In this document: positions 9,606 to 19,099 of the stretch, in pieces
Numbering within the stretch: the first letter of the stretch is position 1
Layout: each line of letters begins with the position of its first letter
From: Gemmatimonadota bacterium
Lineage (GTDB): Bacteria; Gemmatimonadota; Gemmatimonadetes; Gemmatimonadales; GWC2-71-9
DNA: 30,864 bases
Reading direction: 5' to 3'
Assembly (NCBI GenBank): GCA_039586365.1
Contig: JBDHKN010000059.1
Location: 1-30,864, forward strand
Made by a program: the position numbers and the translations under genes
The notes under the pieces: generated by a model
Told to the model about the DNA's origin: nothing
Databases searched by the model: none
Seen by the model: the letters and a program-made list of their open reading frames with translations, nothing else

Positions 9606-10802
9606 ATGACAGCAACGCAGACGATGTTTCCCAGAGCGAGGATTCCCTACGGGACCTGGGGGAGTAGCTACTTCCCGGCCTGGCAAACGTCGGCGCTGGC
9701 TGAAGTCAACATCGGCCAATTCGCCGGCGAAGCCATGAACCGGATCTTGGGTCTGCGACGGGTACCCAAGACAGAGTTGGATTACTTGATCATCGGATCG
9801 ACCATCCCATGGCACTGGAAGTTCTGGAACGCGCCTCTGGTAGCGCACTGCATGGGACATAGGATCTCCGGTTATCACGTTGAGCAGGCCTGCGCCACCG
9901 GTCTTCAGGCAGCCTTGTTGGCGGGTGCGGAGGTGCAGACCGGAGCGAGTGACGTCGTCGGGGTACTGACCTTCGACCGAACCAGTGACTCACCCGTGGG
10001 TGTGTTTCCGGAGCGCCGCGCGCACCAACGCACCATGGCCATAGCCGACGTGTGGGACAACTTCGGTTTCGATCCGGCGACCGGCAACGCCATGATCGCC
10101 GCGGCCGGGATTGCGGCACGCAAGTACAAGACCGATAGGCGTGAAGTGGATGAGTGTGCGTTCCACCGCTACGATCAATATTTCGCAGCCAAGGACGCCG
10201 GTTTTCTAGACCGGGTGCTGGTTCCCCTCGAAGTGTTGAACGTGCAAGGCCGCTTCCTCGGCCGCATCGACGACGATTACGGTGTGCGCATGCTGACGCG
10301 CGATGGACTGCGGGCCATGCCCGAACTCGACACTTGTGTGACTGGTGGCGGGCAGACCCACGCGTCCGACGGGATGGCGACCTTGCTGGTCACCAGTCGG
10401 GAACGGGTGCGCGACCTGAGTCCCAAGCCCGAGGTGGATATCCAGTTCATGGCCAAGACCGAGCTGCGCGTGCATCCCAGTCTCATGCCCGAAGCACCCG
10501 CACTGGCCGTCCAGAAGTTGTTGGCGAAGTGTGGCCTGACCATGGCTGACATCGCCGTGGTCAAGAACCACAATCCGTTTGCGGTCAACGACGTGATCTT
10601 CACCAAAGTAACGGGCTACGACTGGCACAACATGAACAACACTGGCTGTCCCTTGGTGTGGGGCCACCCACAAGGACCGACTCTCACGCGAGTTCTCATC
10701 GAGGCGTTGGAGGAGGCTGTCGCTTTGGGTGGTGGCCACGTTCTGATCTTCGGTTGCGCCGCCGGCGACATCGGGATCGCGGCCATCCTGAAGGTTTCCT
10801 AG
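9606..10802 (+). CDS. Thiolase family protein (atypical HNPF-type acetyl-CoA acyltransferase)
   Basis: GAGGGGA RBS, nucleophile Cys in 'QACATG', 'KNHNPFAVND' in place of NEAF, 'WGHPQGPT' and second Cys in 'GCAAGD'. Confidence 0.85.
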   Translation: MTATQTMFPRARIPYGTWGSSYFPAWQTSALAEVNIGQFAGEAMNRILGLRRVPKTELDYLIIGSTIPWHWKFWNAPLVAHCMGHRISGYHVEQACATGLQAALLAGAEVQTGASDVVGVLTFDRTSDSPVGVFPERRAHQRTMAIADVWDNFGFDPATGNAMIAAAGIAARKYKTDRREVDECAFHRYDQYFAAKDAGFLDRVLVPLEVLNVQGRFLGRIDDDYGVRMLTRDGLRAMPELDTCVTGGGQTHASDGMATLLVTSRERVRDLSPKPEVDIQFMAKTELRVHPSLMPEAPALAVQKLLAKCGLTMADIAVVKNHNPFAVNDVIFTKVTGYDWHNMNNTGCPLVWGHPQGPTLTRVLIEALEEAVALGGGHVLIFGCAAGDIGIAAILKVS

Positions 10803-10816
10803 GGAGGAAGAGCTAA

Positions 10817-12907
10817 ATGACGACTGCAATGAGGGATGCAACCCTCCAAACAATAGGGCTGGGGAGCGTTAGCGACATTTTCCGTGGTGGCAAACTTCCC
10901 GCCGACGCAGGCGACTTGGTCGACAAGGTCTTCGGCAAGGGCGCCAAGCGGGGGTCAATGGTGATTTCCGGAGCCAACGGGATCGTCGGTGCTGGGAAGA
11001 CGATGCAACTCGGCTCCCGACTGCAACCCTTCGATGTCCGGATGGTGGCGCTGGACTTTCCCAACGCACCCGACGGGATCGGAGGACAATACCCCGGTTT
11101 GGTGCAGGCCTTCGGCCCGGATGGCGCCAGCCAAGTCATGACCAACATCGTACGGCTCAGCTACGACGGCAAACAGCTACCGAGCGAATTGAACAACTTG
11201 AAGCCGCGCTTTCTGCTGGAGGCGATTCCGGAAATACTGGCCATCAAGCGAGCGCACTACGAGATCTTCCGCGCGACTTTTCCCGGTATCGAGATCCGAT
11301 CGGTAACATCGGGGTTCCCGAGTTCCGAGCTGGGAGTCGGCATCGCCCATCCGGCGTTTCCTCACCAGATCAACAAGATCTGGGAGGTGGTGGAACCCAA
11401 ACCTTCGCCGATCACTCAACTGCTATGGGCGCTCGGGCTGATACCGGTGGCCGTCAGTGATGACTGGTCGTTCGTGTTGGACGTGTTGTTCTGTGGTGTG
11501 ACATTGGCCGCTCTGCGATACCACCACGCCAGCAATATGCCGGCTTGGAAGATCGACAAGTTCGTGCGGCGACTGCTGGGGCCCAATCCGCTCCGGGCGC
11601 ACGACGCTATCGGGGCCAAGGGTGCCAACTTCCTGACTTGGTCCTGTCTCCACCACTTGAGCGAGAAGTACGGTGACGTGTTCGAGCCGACTCCGGAGCT
11701 GGTGGAGCGTAAAGACACCGGTCAGAACTGGTATCCGTTCAACCACTTCCGACCGTTGGTGAACTGGACGTTCGAGGGAGAGCAGGAAGACGAGTTCCGC
11801 ACCTGGATTCTGGGACCGATGTTCCAGATGACCAGCCTGATGCTGCACGAGAAGCGGGGCCACCTGACCCACCTGAACGCCATCGGCGAGCTGTGTGCCC
11901 AGTTCCGCAACGGTATCATCGCGACGATTCGGGCCGCTGGCGCCGACTCGGTGATAGAGACTGTGGAGGCGTACCACCGGTTGCATCCCGCAGCAGCGGG
12001 AGGTTGCTGGTTCCCGGAGGTGTTTGCGCGGATGGACGAGCCCGAGTGGCAGCAGCTGTACGTCAACGCCGAGCACGATCACGATGTGGGTGTCATCACG
12101 CTGAGCCGAGAGAGCTACAACAGCGATGTGGATGCAGAACTCAACCGGGCCATCGACTGGCTCAAAGGTCAAGGTATCGAACGGGTGATCGTCACTAGCG
12201 ACTTCCACCTATCGACCCAGATGGTCGGTGCCGACACCTCCGAGTTCTACGCCGCACTCCAGAACGAAGCCGAGGGATCACGTGTCTCGAGCGATTGGTC
12301 CCGCACAGCCAGGCGATTGGCCGACGAGTTCGCGGTGTCGGTCGGATTCGTGAACGGGAAGCGCTGTCTCGGCGGCATGCTGGAGTTGCTGCTGCACTGT
12401 CACTATCTGGTGGCGGTGCAGGACGCTCAGTTCGGAATGCCCGAGGTGACCCTACCGGTGGTTCCGGGGATGGAAGGTTGCCATTGGCCGTTCCGTAAGA
12501 CGGATCCAGCGAGCTGGCCCAAACTCATCCACCTGCTACTGAGCGGAAGATCGGTCAAGGCCGAAGCTGCCGTGGGTTGGCTGGTCGACTACGCGGGCCC
12601 CCTGGAAAAGGCGTTACAGACTGTCTGGAAGGTGGCAACCGGCGGCGATCACGGCTTGGTCGCGCGCACGGTTGAGCACGGGGCGCTCGAGGGTCTTCCC
12701 ACTGGAGTAAGCGGCATACCCGCTGCCGGCAGTCCCGGGGTGGAGGCAGCGCGAGAGGCAATCATGCAGTGCATTCAGGATGCGTGCAACGCCACTTTGT
12801 CCGAGGCGCTCGCCGTGCAGACCAAACACTCTGCTGGCTTCATGCTCTCGGCGGCGTGCCGCGAGGGCAGCATAGGGGCCGATTACACCAAGACAATGGT
12901 GGTGTAA
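10817..12907 (+). CDS. 3-hydroxyacyl-CoA dehydrogenase / enoyl-CoA hydratase fusion (HAD N-terminal, ECH C-terminal), divergent
   Basis: GGAGG RBS. Rossmann-like 'SGANGIVGAG', HAD motif 'LEAIPEILAIK' and 'GIAHPAFP...WEVV'. Crotonase motifs 'VNGKRCLGGMLELLLHCH' and 'FGMPEVTLPVVPG' retain both catalytic Glu. Confidence 0.75.
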   Translation: MTTAMRDATLQTIGLGSVSDIFRGGKLPADAGDLVDKVFGKGAKRGSMVISGANGIVGAGKTMQLGSRLQPFDVRMVALDFPNAPDGIGGQYPGLVQAFGPDGASQVMTNIVRLSYDGKQLPSELNNLKPRFLLEAIPEILAIKRAHYEIFRATFPGIEIRSVTSGFPSSELGVGIAHPAFPHQINKIWEVVEPKPSPITQLLWALGLIPVAVSDDWSFVLDVLFCGVTLAALRYHHASNMPAWKIDKFVRRLLGPNPLRAHDAIGAKGANFLTWSCLHHLSEKYGDVFEPTPELVERKDTGQNWYPFNHFRPLVNWTFEGEQEDEFRTWILGPMFQMTSLMLHEKRGHLTHLNAIGELCAQFRNGIIATIRAAGADSVIETVEAYHRLHPAAAGGCWFPEVFARMDEPEWQQLYVNAEHDHDVGVITLSRESYNSDVDAELNRAIDWLKGQGIERVIVTSDFHLSTQMVGADTSEFYAALQNEAEGSRVSSDWSRTARRLADEFAVSVGFVNGKRCLGGMLELLLHCHYLVAVQDAQFGMPEVTLPVVPGMEGCHWPFRKTDPASWPKLIHLLLSGRSVKAEAAVGWLVDYAGPLEKALQTVWKVATGGDHGLVARTVEHGALEGLPTGVSGIPAAGSPGVEAAREAIMQCIQDACNATLSEALAVQTKHSAGFMLSAACREGSIGADYTKTMVV

Positions 12908-12938
12908 CGCTAGAGATAGAGCTGCAGGGACTTGATGG

Positions 12939-12966
12939 ACGGGGTGACGGTCCGTCACCCCGTTTC
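12939..12966 (+). terminator. Hairpin after the HAD-ECH gene, probable terminator
   Basis: ACGGGGTGACGG-T-CCGTCACCCCGT is a perfect inverted repeat, followed by TTC, about 30 bp after the stop. Confidence 0.55.
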
Positions 12967-13128
12967 AGGCAGGCTTCACGGAGTCTTAATGTGCCGCCTC
13001 GTATATGAGTTGAGGATTGTGGTACCGCAGCCTCCTGATGATCTCTCCCAGCGTCCTCGACGGAGACATGACGCGGTTGGTGTTCCCCTCCGGCGGGACG
13101 CTTCCAAATTCGAAGTAGGAGTCGATCT

Positions 13129-15804
13129 ATGACCGCAGCCACGCAGAACCGGATCGAGGAAGACGTCTGGATCCCGACCTGTTGTGGACAGTGCTACTGC
13201 ATGTGTGGCATCAAGGTTCGCCGGCAAAATGGTGTGGTAACAGAGATTGCCGGCAACCCGGACGCGCCGAGTGGAAGGGGGCATACGTGTGTGAAAGCCC
13301 TCGCCTCCCCGCACCTGCTGTACGATCCCTATCGGGTCAACTACCCACTCAAGCGCACCAATCCCGAGAAAGGGCTCGGAGTCGATCCCAAGTTCGTCCG
13401 GATATCGTGGGAAGAGGCTCTCGACACCATCGTGCATAAGCTAGAGGCATGCCGCGAGAAGGACCCACGCGGGGCCTACTTCCAGGCGACCACCACTCAG
13501 GCCTCGGAGATCCGCTTCGGTGTGATCGGTTTCATGAAGGGGTTTGGGACGCCGAACTACTGGGTTTCCGGTGGCGGGCTGCACTGCGGCAACGGTGCGC
13601 ACTTCATGAACGGTATCATGCACGCGGCCTGGTCGATCATTCCCGACTTCGCGCACTGCAACTACGCGTTGAACTTCGGCTGTTCCAAAGGCCACGGTGC
13701 CGGGCACGTCGCCGTGCAGAACGCGACCCAGGCGGCGGATGCGCGAGCGCGGGGTTTCAAAAACATCGTGTTCGATCCGTTCCAGAGCGCCCAGGCCTCC
13801 AAGGGTCATGAGTGGGTGCCGATACGTGTGGGGACCGACGGCGCCCTCGCGCTCGGTCTGATCAACTCTCTGCTCAACGAGCACGGCATCTACGATGCCG
13901 AGTACTTGATGTACAAGACCAACGCGCCGTACCTGATCCGCCCCTCGGACGGGCGTTACATGCGGGACAAGGAGACCAACAAACCACTGGTTTGGGATCT
14001 GGTTGACAACGGTCCCAAGGCCCACAACGACCCATCAGTCACCCGGGTGGAGTACGAGGATGTCGCCCACGAGGTGGCGCTATTGGGCTCCTATCCGGTC
14101 GACGGAGTCGAGTGCCGTCCGGCCTTCGACCTGTTGAAGGAACACGTAAAGAAATACACGCCGGAGTACGTCGAGCAGGTCACCTGGGTCCCGGCGGCGA
14201 CGGTGAGTCGCATCGCCAAGGAGTTCGGCGAGGCGGCCGAGATCGGGTCCACGGTCACGATCCAGACCAGCAAAGGTCCCAAAAAGATCCCCAAGCGTCC
14301 GGTGGCTACGCATTTCTTCCGCGGTACGCAAGGACACGTCAACTCGGGCTGGACCTGCTTGTCGGTCGACTTGGTCAACCACATGGTCGGTGCAGCGGAC
14401 ACGTGGGGTGGGGCATTCGGTCTCGGGGCTGCGGTCGGCAGTGGTTACGAAGGGACTGGTAAACCATACCAGATCCCCTATCCCTGTCCCGACGGCCTCA
14501 TGGTGGCAAAGACTTGGGTATACGATCACGTCCCCTACCCGATGCGGGTGCCCAAGCCGCCGACCAGGCTGGACCTGCACGATATGTTCCCGACCTCGAT
14601 CTACAACGCGTTCACCATCACGAGCCCTAGATGGATGGAGCTGTTGGAGCGATTCAAGATCCCCTACAAGCCGGATGTGATGATCAACTTCGGATCCAAC
14701 TCGGTGATGACGATGGGCAACGCCGAGGCGGTCACCGAGAACTTCCTGAAGCAGTTCAACTTCATCTTCTCGTTCCAGTTGTACATCACGGAGTTCGAGG
14801 AGGCGGTGGCCGACATAGTCCTGCCCGATGCCTGCTTCCTCGAGCGCTACACGCCGGCCGTCAGTTTCCCGTCGACCTTCTCCCATCCGCAGGGCGAGGA
14901 CGACTGGGGCTGGTCGATCAGACAACCTGTCGTTGAGCCGTTGTACGAGCGGCGGGACTTCAACGTCGTGATGCTGGACATCTGCAAGCGCCTCGGCATC
15001 CTGGGCAAGTACTACAAGGGCTTGAACGATTCCATCGGTATCCGCTACGGCGGTGAGATGGATGAGAAGTACAAGCTGGTAGAGGACGGGAGCGTGGAGC
15101 ATTCCTGGGAAGACGTCTGCGATCGCATGCTCAAGGACCGATTTGGCGAAGAACACGGTCTCGAGCACGTGAGACAGAAAGGCGTATTCACCTGGCCCAA
15201 GAAGAAAGAAGACGTCTACTGGAAATGGTTCAACCCTGTGCGAGTGCCGGTCTATTTCGAGTACTTCATCGATTCGGGCGAGCAGATCGCGAAGCTATGG
15301 GACGACTTTGGCGGGCAGGACTTCTTCGACTTGGACTGGTCGCGCTTCAAGGCGCTGGCGGACTGGTACCCCTGTCCGACGCACACAGAGACCAAATCCG
15401 AGTACGACATGCACGCGTTCTACTGGCGTGCCGTCATGCACTGCAACTCGATGACCCAGCAGAATCCCTACCTGGACGAGATGTCTCAGGAAGATCCCTA
15501 CGTGTACGCGGTTCAAATGCACCAGGACACCGCCGCAGAGAAGGGCCTGAGTGACGGCGACCACGTGTGGCTGGAGAACCCGGAGGGTCACCGGGTGAAG
15601 GGCTGGGTCGCTCTCACGGACGGAATCGAGCCGCATCACCTGGCCATTGCGGCCGTGGCGGGTCACTGGGGCAACTACATGCCCATCGCGAAGGGCAAGG
15701 GCACGTTCTTCAACGACCTGGTAGAGATGGATCTGCCGCACACCGATCCGCTCACGTTCAACCAGGACATCTGCGTCCGCGTGAAGATCTACAAGGCGAA
15801 TTGA
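13129..15804 (+). CDS. DMSO-reductase-family Mo/W-bisPGD catalytic subunit, phenylacetyl-CoA:acceptor oxidoreductase (PadB)-like
   Basis: AGGAG RBS, [4Fe-4S] motif C-x2-C-x3-C...C, 'PLKRTNPEKG..DPKFVRISWEEALD', candidate Cys ligand in 'GGGLHC', 'ADARARG', 'EWVPIRVGTD' and 'ADIVLPDACFLER'. No twin-arginine signal peptide. Confidence 0.75.
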   Translation: MTAATQNRIEEDVWIPTCCGQCYCMCGIKVRRQNGVVTEIAGNPDAPSGRGHTCVKALASPHLLYDPYRVNYPLKRTNPEKGLGVDPKFVRISWEEALDTIVHKLEACREKDPRGAYFQATTTQASEIRFGVIGFMKGFGTPNYWVSGGGLHCGNGAHFMNGIMHAAWSIIPDFAHCNYALNFGCSKGHGAGHVAVQNATQAADARARGFKNIVFDPFQSAQASKGHEWVPIRVGTDGALALGLINSLLNEHGIYDAEYLMYKTNAPYLIRPSDGRYMRDKETNKPLVWDLVDNGPKAHNDPSVTRVEYEDVAHEVALLGSYPVDGVECRPAFDLLKEHVKKYTPEYVEQVTWVPAATVSRIAKEFGEAAEIGSTVTIQTSKGPKKIPKRPVATHFFRGTQGHVNSGWTCLSVDLVNHMVGAADTWGGAFGLGAAVGSGYEGTGKPYQIPYPCPDGLMVAKTWVYDHVPYPMRVPKPPTRLDLHDMFPTSIYNAFTITSPRWMELLERFKIPYKPDVMINFGSNSVMTMGNAEAVTENFLKQFNFIFSFQLYITEFEEAVADIVLPDACFLERYTPAVSFPSTFSHPQGEDDWGWSIRQPVVEPLYERRDFNVVMLDICKRLGILGKYYKGLNDSIGIRYGGEMDEKYKLVEDGSVEHSWEDVCDRMLKDRFGEEHGLEHVRQKGVFTWPKKKEDVYWKWFNPVRVPVYFEYFIDSGEQIAKLWDDFGGQDFFDLDWSRFKALADWYPCPTHTETKSEYDMHAFYWRAVMHCNSMTQQNPYLDEMSQEDPYVYAVQMHQDTAAEKGLSDGDHVWLENPEGHRVKGWVALTDGIEPHHLAIAAVAGHWGNYMPIAKGKGTFFNDLVEMDLPHTDPLTFNQDICVRVKIYKAN

Positions 15805-15856
15805 GATGAAGGGCACCGGACGGGGAGCAACCGCAAAGTCGCTACGGGAGACAGCT

Positions 15857-16483
15857 ATGCCACGCTGGGGAATGGTCATAGATCTCAAGAGGTGTTACGG
15901 CTGTTACGCCTGTGTGATGGCGTGCAAGGTGGCGAACCATAGTCCGCCTGGGGTCTTCTGGGCTCGTATCCTCAAGGGCGAATCGGGATCGTTCCCCAAC
16001 ACCGTGCGACAGGCGCTGCCGGTGCTGTGCATGCAGTGCGACGAGCCTTCTTGTATGGAGGTATGTCCCACAGGCGCCACGCAGCAGACGGACGACGGCA
16101 TCGTCATTGTGGAACAGGACAAGTGCATGGGATGCAAGTACTGCATCATGGCCTGTCCCTACGGTGCGCGGTACAGTGTGGAGAAATGGGAGAGCTACTT
16201 CCCGGACGGCTTGCCGCTCTCACCGTACGAGGAGTTTGCCAAGCGGGCTTGGGAAGAGAAATCGGGCTGCGGGGTTGCGACAAAGTGTGACTTCTGTCGG
16301 GACAGGATCGCCGAGGGCAGGGAACCTGCCTGTGTCGAGGCCTGTCCGGCTGACGCGCGGATCTTTGGTGACCTCGCCGACCCGAACAGCGAGGTCTCGA
16401 TCTTGATCAAGCAAAACCGGGGCGAAGTGTTGCATCCGGAACTCGGCAACAAGCCCAAGGTCTACTATCTCGCACCGAGATAG
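15857..16483 (+). CDS. Four-[4Fe-4S] electron transfer subunit (PadC/DmsB/NrfC-like)
   Basis: ATG 15857 with a GGGAG RBS. Motifs 'WGMVIDLKRCYGCYACVMAC', 'CMQCDEPSCMEVCP', 'CMGCKYCIMACP' and 'KCDFC..PACVEACP'. Confidence 0.92.
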   Translation: MPRWGMVIDLKRCYGCYACVMACKVANHSPPGVFWARILKGESGSFPNTVRQALPVLCMQCDEPSCMEVCPTGATQQTDDGIVIVEQDKCMGCKYCIMACPYGARYSVEKWESYFPDGLPLSPYEEFAKRAWEEKSGCGVATKCDFCRDRIAEGREPACVEACPADARIFGDLADPNSEVSILIKQNRGEVLHPELGNKPKVYYLAPR

Positions 16484-16543
16484 CGGTCTGTTCGGGTGGT
16501 CTGAGGGACCTTAAAGCAGACATCAAACAGCGGGGAACACGCG

Positions 16544-17506
16544 ATGGATCCGAAAGTCAATGGTCAGATACAGACTGAGTGGGGCTGGCTGGTTGCGATC
16601 TATCTGTTCTTGGGTGGCGTCGGAGGTGGTGCATACACCATCGCCGCCGTCAACGGGTTCATGGGGGAGGGCCTGGCACTCTCGACTAGGGTGGGGCTCT
16701 GGATTGGTTTCCCTGCGCTCCTCATCGGCAGCCTCTTCCTGTTGGCCGATCTCGGCTCGCCGATGCGCGCCGTCTTGGCTGGCATGAAGCCGGCGTCATC
16801 CTGGATAGCGAGGGGGTTCTGGATCATCACGGTATTCATGATCCTGGCCTTCCTGCATCTCGTGCTCTACCTGTACACCGATATTGGCGGGACCGTGCTC
16901 GACGTAATCGCCGGCGCGGGGATCGTGTTCGCGGTATTGACTATGGCGTACACCGGTATCTTGCTGGGGGCCTCCAAAGGAATTCCGTTTTGGCGTACCG
17001 GAGTGGTCCCGGTCGTCTTCGTGGTATCCGCCGTTGTCACCGGCCACTTCACGATCATGCTCGGCATGACCTTGTTCGGTGAGGTAGCGGTGATGGGCAC
17101 GTCGTTACGGACCATGGCGCTCGAAGCTGCCATATTGGTGGCCTTGGAAGTGCTGGTGATTCTCTTCTTCCTCCAGGCAGCCTTCAAGTTGCCGGACCCG
17201 AGGGAATCGGCAGAGCGAATTCTGCGCAGACGCTCTTTTGTGGTTGGGTATTTCATCTTGGGCCTGGCAGTACCGTTTGTGCTAATGCTGGTGGTGTATG
17301 GTTCGCTCGCTCAGGACGGTGCCGGAATCAGCCTGCCGCTGGTTGCCGTTGGCGCGCTACTCGGCCTGGTCGGCGGCTTGATCTTGCGGCAGTCTGTGCT
17401 GGTCTGCGGGGCTTTGCCTACGCTCAACATCGCGGGGTTCCAGTTCCGGCGCATTGCGCGTCCCAAGGAGCGGAAACCGAGTATGGGGATGTTGCCGCCG
17501 CAGTGA
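16544..17506 (+). CDS. NrfD/PsrC-family membrane anchor subunit
   Basis: 'WGWLVAIYLFLGG', 'DLGSP', 'SSWIARG', 'YTGILL..IPFW', with about 8 hydrophobic helices. Confidence 0.9.
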   Translation: MDPKVNGQIQTEWGWLVAIYLFLGGVGGGAYTIAAVNGFMGEGLALSTRVGLWIGFPALLIGSLFLLADLGSPMRAVLAGMKPASSWIARGFWIITVFMILAFLHLVLYLYTDIGGTVLDVIAGAGIVFAVLTMAYTGILLGASKGIPFWRTGVVPVVFVVSAVVTGHFTIMLGMTLFGEVAVMGTSLRTMALEAAILVALEVLVILFFLQAAFKLPDPRESAERILRRRSFVVGYFILGLAVPFVLMLVVYGSLAQDGAGISLPLVAVGALLGLVGGLILRQSVLVCGALPTLNIAGFQFRRIARPKERKPSMGMLPPQ

Positions 17507-17626
17507 TTGAATAGGCACCGCAGGAGACGGCGAGGGGCGATCGCAACGGCAAAGGAAACGGTAGCAGTCCACACATACCCGCCGCGCGGTCGGCGGGTGT
17601 CGGACGAGTTGGAGAGGTGACCCACC

Positions 17627-18454
17627 ATGCTCGACGTACCGGAAGTTCTCACGATCTCGGCTCAGCTGAGCGATGCAATCACCGGCAAGACCGTGGAATC
17701 GTTCGGCCGCGGGAACAGCCCTCACAAGTTCGCCTTTCTCAAGCCCTCGGCCGAGGAGTGCGAGAGAGTGATCGGTGGCAAGAAGATCGGTGGGGTCAGC
17801 GGCGATGCCAAATCGATCTTTATCTCGCTCGAACCGGGCTATGTGTTGCGGATCAATGAGATGGCCGGCCGTCTCTTGTTCCACGAAAAGGGTGCCAAGC
17901 TGCCGCCCAAGTACCAGTGGCTCATGCGGTTCGCCGACGGGACCGCACTCACGGCTACAGTGGGTCTGTGGGCGTTCTTCGGACTCACCAAGGCCAGGGA
18001 ACTCGGCAAGCCGCCGTACCGCGCCGAGGGCATCTCGCCGATCGGGGCCGAGCTCAGCTACGGGCGGTTCAGCCAGTTGTTCAGCGAATACGACAAGCCC
18101 GACAAGAACAGCATCAAGGCGTTCCTGATCAACCGGCCGAGGATCAATGGCTTCGGCAACGCATACATGCAGGACATGCTGTTCCATGCCGGGATTCACC
18201 CCACGCGGAAAGTGGCCGACGTAACGGCCAAGGAGCGCCGCAAGCTGTACGACTCGATGCGCAAGGTCTTGAACCAGGCGATCAAACTCGGTGGCAGCGA
18301 CGACGAGCGCGACTTGTACGGCAATCCCGGGCGCTACAAGAGGATTCTGAGTGGCAAGACACAGCACAGCCCGTGTCCCCGGTGTGGCGGCAAGATAGGG
18401 AAGATCCAGTTCCTGGGTGGTGCGACGTACTTTTGTGAGGAGTGTCAGAAGTAG
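17627..18454 (+). CDS. Fpg/Nei family DNA glycosylase-like protein with non-canonical N-terminus
   Basis: 'MLDVPEV' N-terminus, H2TH motif 'GFGNAYMQDMLFHAGIHP' and C-terminal Zn finger CPRC...CEEC. GGAGAGG RBS. Confidence 0.8.
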   Translation: MLDVPEVLTISAQLSDAITGKTVESFGRGNSPHKFAFLKPSAEECERVIGGKKIGGVSGDAKSIFISLEPGYVLRINEMAGRLLFHEKGAKLPPKYQWLMRFADGTALTATVGLWAFFGLTKARELGKPPYRAEGISPIGAELSYGRFSQLFSEYDKPDKNSIKAFLINRPRINGFGNAYMQDMLFHAGIHPTRKVADVTAKERRKLYDSMRKVLNQAIKLGGSDDERDLYGNPGRYKRILSGKTQHSPCPRCGGKIGKIQFLGGATYFCEECQK

Positions 18455-18479
18455 GGGGCCCCGGACCCCAAGCAACCCC

Positions 18480-18622
18480 GGCGGTACCCCGCATCCCGTC
18501 CGCCGCCACCCCGGCGGTAGCCCAGCCCCGAACCACACCAGACCTCGGCGGTACCCACAACCCGCCCTCTCCACCCGGCGGTAGCCAGCCCGCACCACAC
18601 TTCCTGGCAGTCAAGGGCGGTA
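18480..18622 (+). repeat. Five spaced GGCGGTA motifs, including an imperfect ~65-bp tandem duplication
   Basis: GGCGGTA at 18480, 18513, 18547, 18577 and 18616. Confidence 0.75.
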
Positions 18623-18657
18623 GCGAGCCCGACCGTTTGCACGCCGCTGCCGCTATC

Positions 18658-18730
18658 TACCGCCCTTTACCGCCCTTTACCGCCTGTTACCGCCATTTCA
18701 TACCGCCTGCTACCGCCTGCTACCGCCCTT
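18658..18730 (+). repeat. Tandem 10-bp repeat (TACCGCC core, 7 copies)
   Basis: TACCGCCCTT x2, TACCGCCTGT, TACCGCCATTTCA, TACCGCCTGC x2, TACCGCCCTT. Confidence 0.9.
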
Positions 18731-19099
18731 TCCTCTCCGGTCACGTTGAGATCACGTTCACGTCACCCCGCCTGCTTAATCTACGGGCAGTAAGCGGCGG
18801 GTAGTGTTGGCTTACACCCGTGCCCGGGCGCCACCAGCGCTGTCTATCATACATCTCTCGGTGGCCGATGGGCCCAACACGGATGGAGCCGAGCTACCCG
18901 CCGCTCGGCGTAGTGAAGTGAAGTACCGCTAAGGTCTTAGTGCACCTACCCAACTCGCGTGATCGCTCTGTGACCTGAGGGATCACGCACCCATCACAAT
19001 TGAGTCACTCGCGCCCGCTATTGTGGCTGAGCGATGGCGACCGTAGGCCGGCTCCGCATATCCGGGTAGCCGGCCAGTTATCGCTGGAAGGAGGAAGCC

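Noticed and set aside
18476..18625. Possible mini-CRISPR array (motif recurring every 30-39 bp)
   Set aside because: The conserved core is only about 7-10 bp, the intervening sequences resemble each other, and no cas genes are present.
18969..18989. CRP/FNR-like site TGTGA...TCACG
   Set aside because: The half-sites are 9 bp apart rather than 6.
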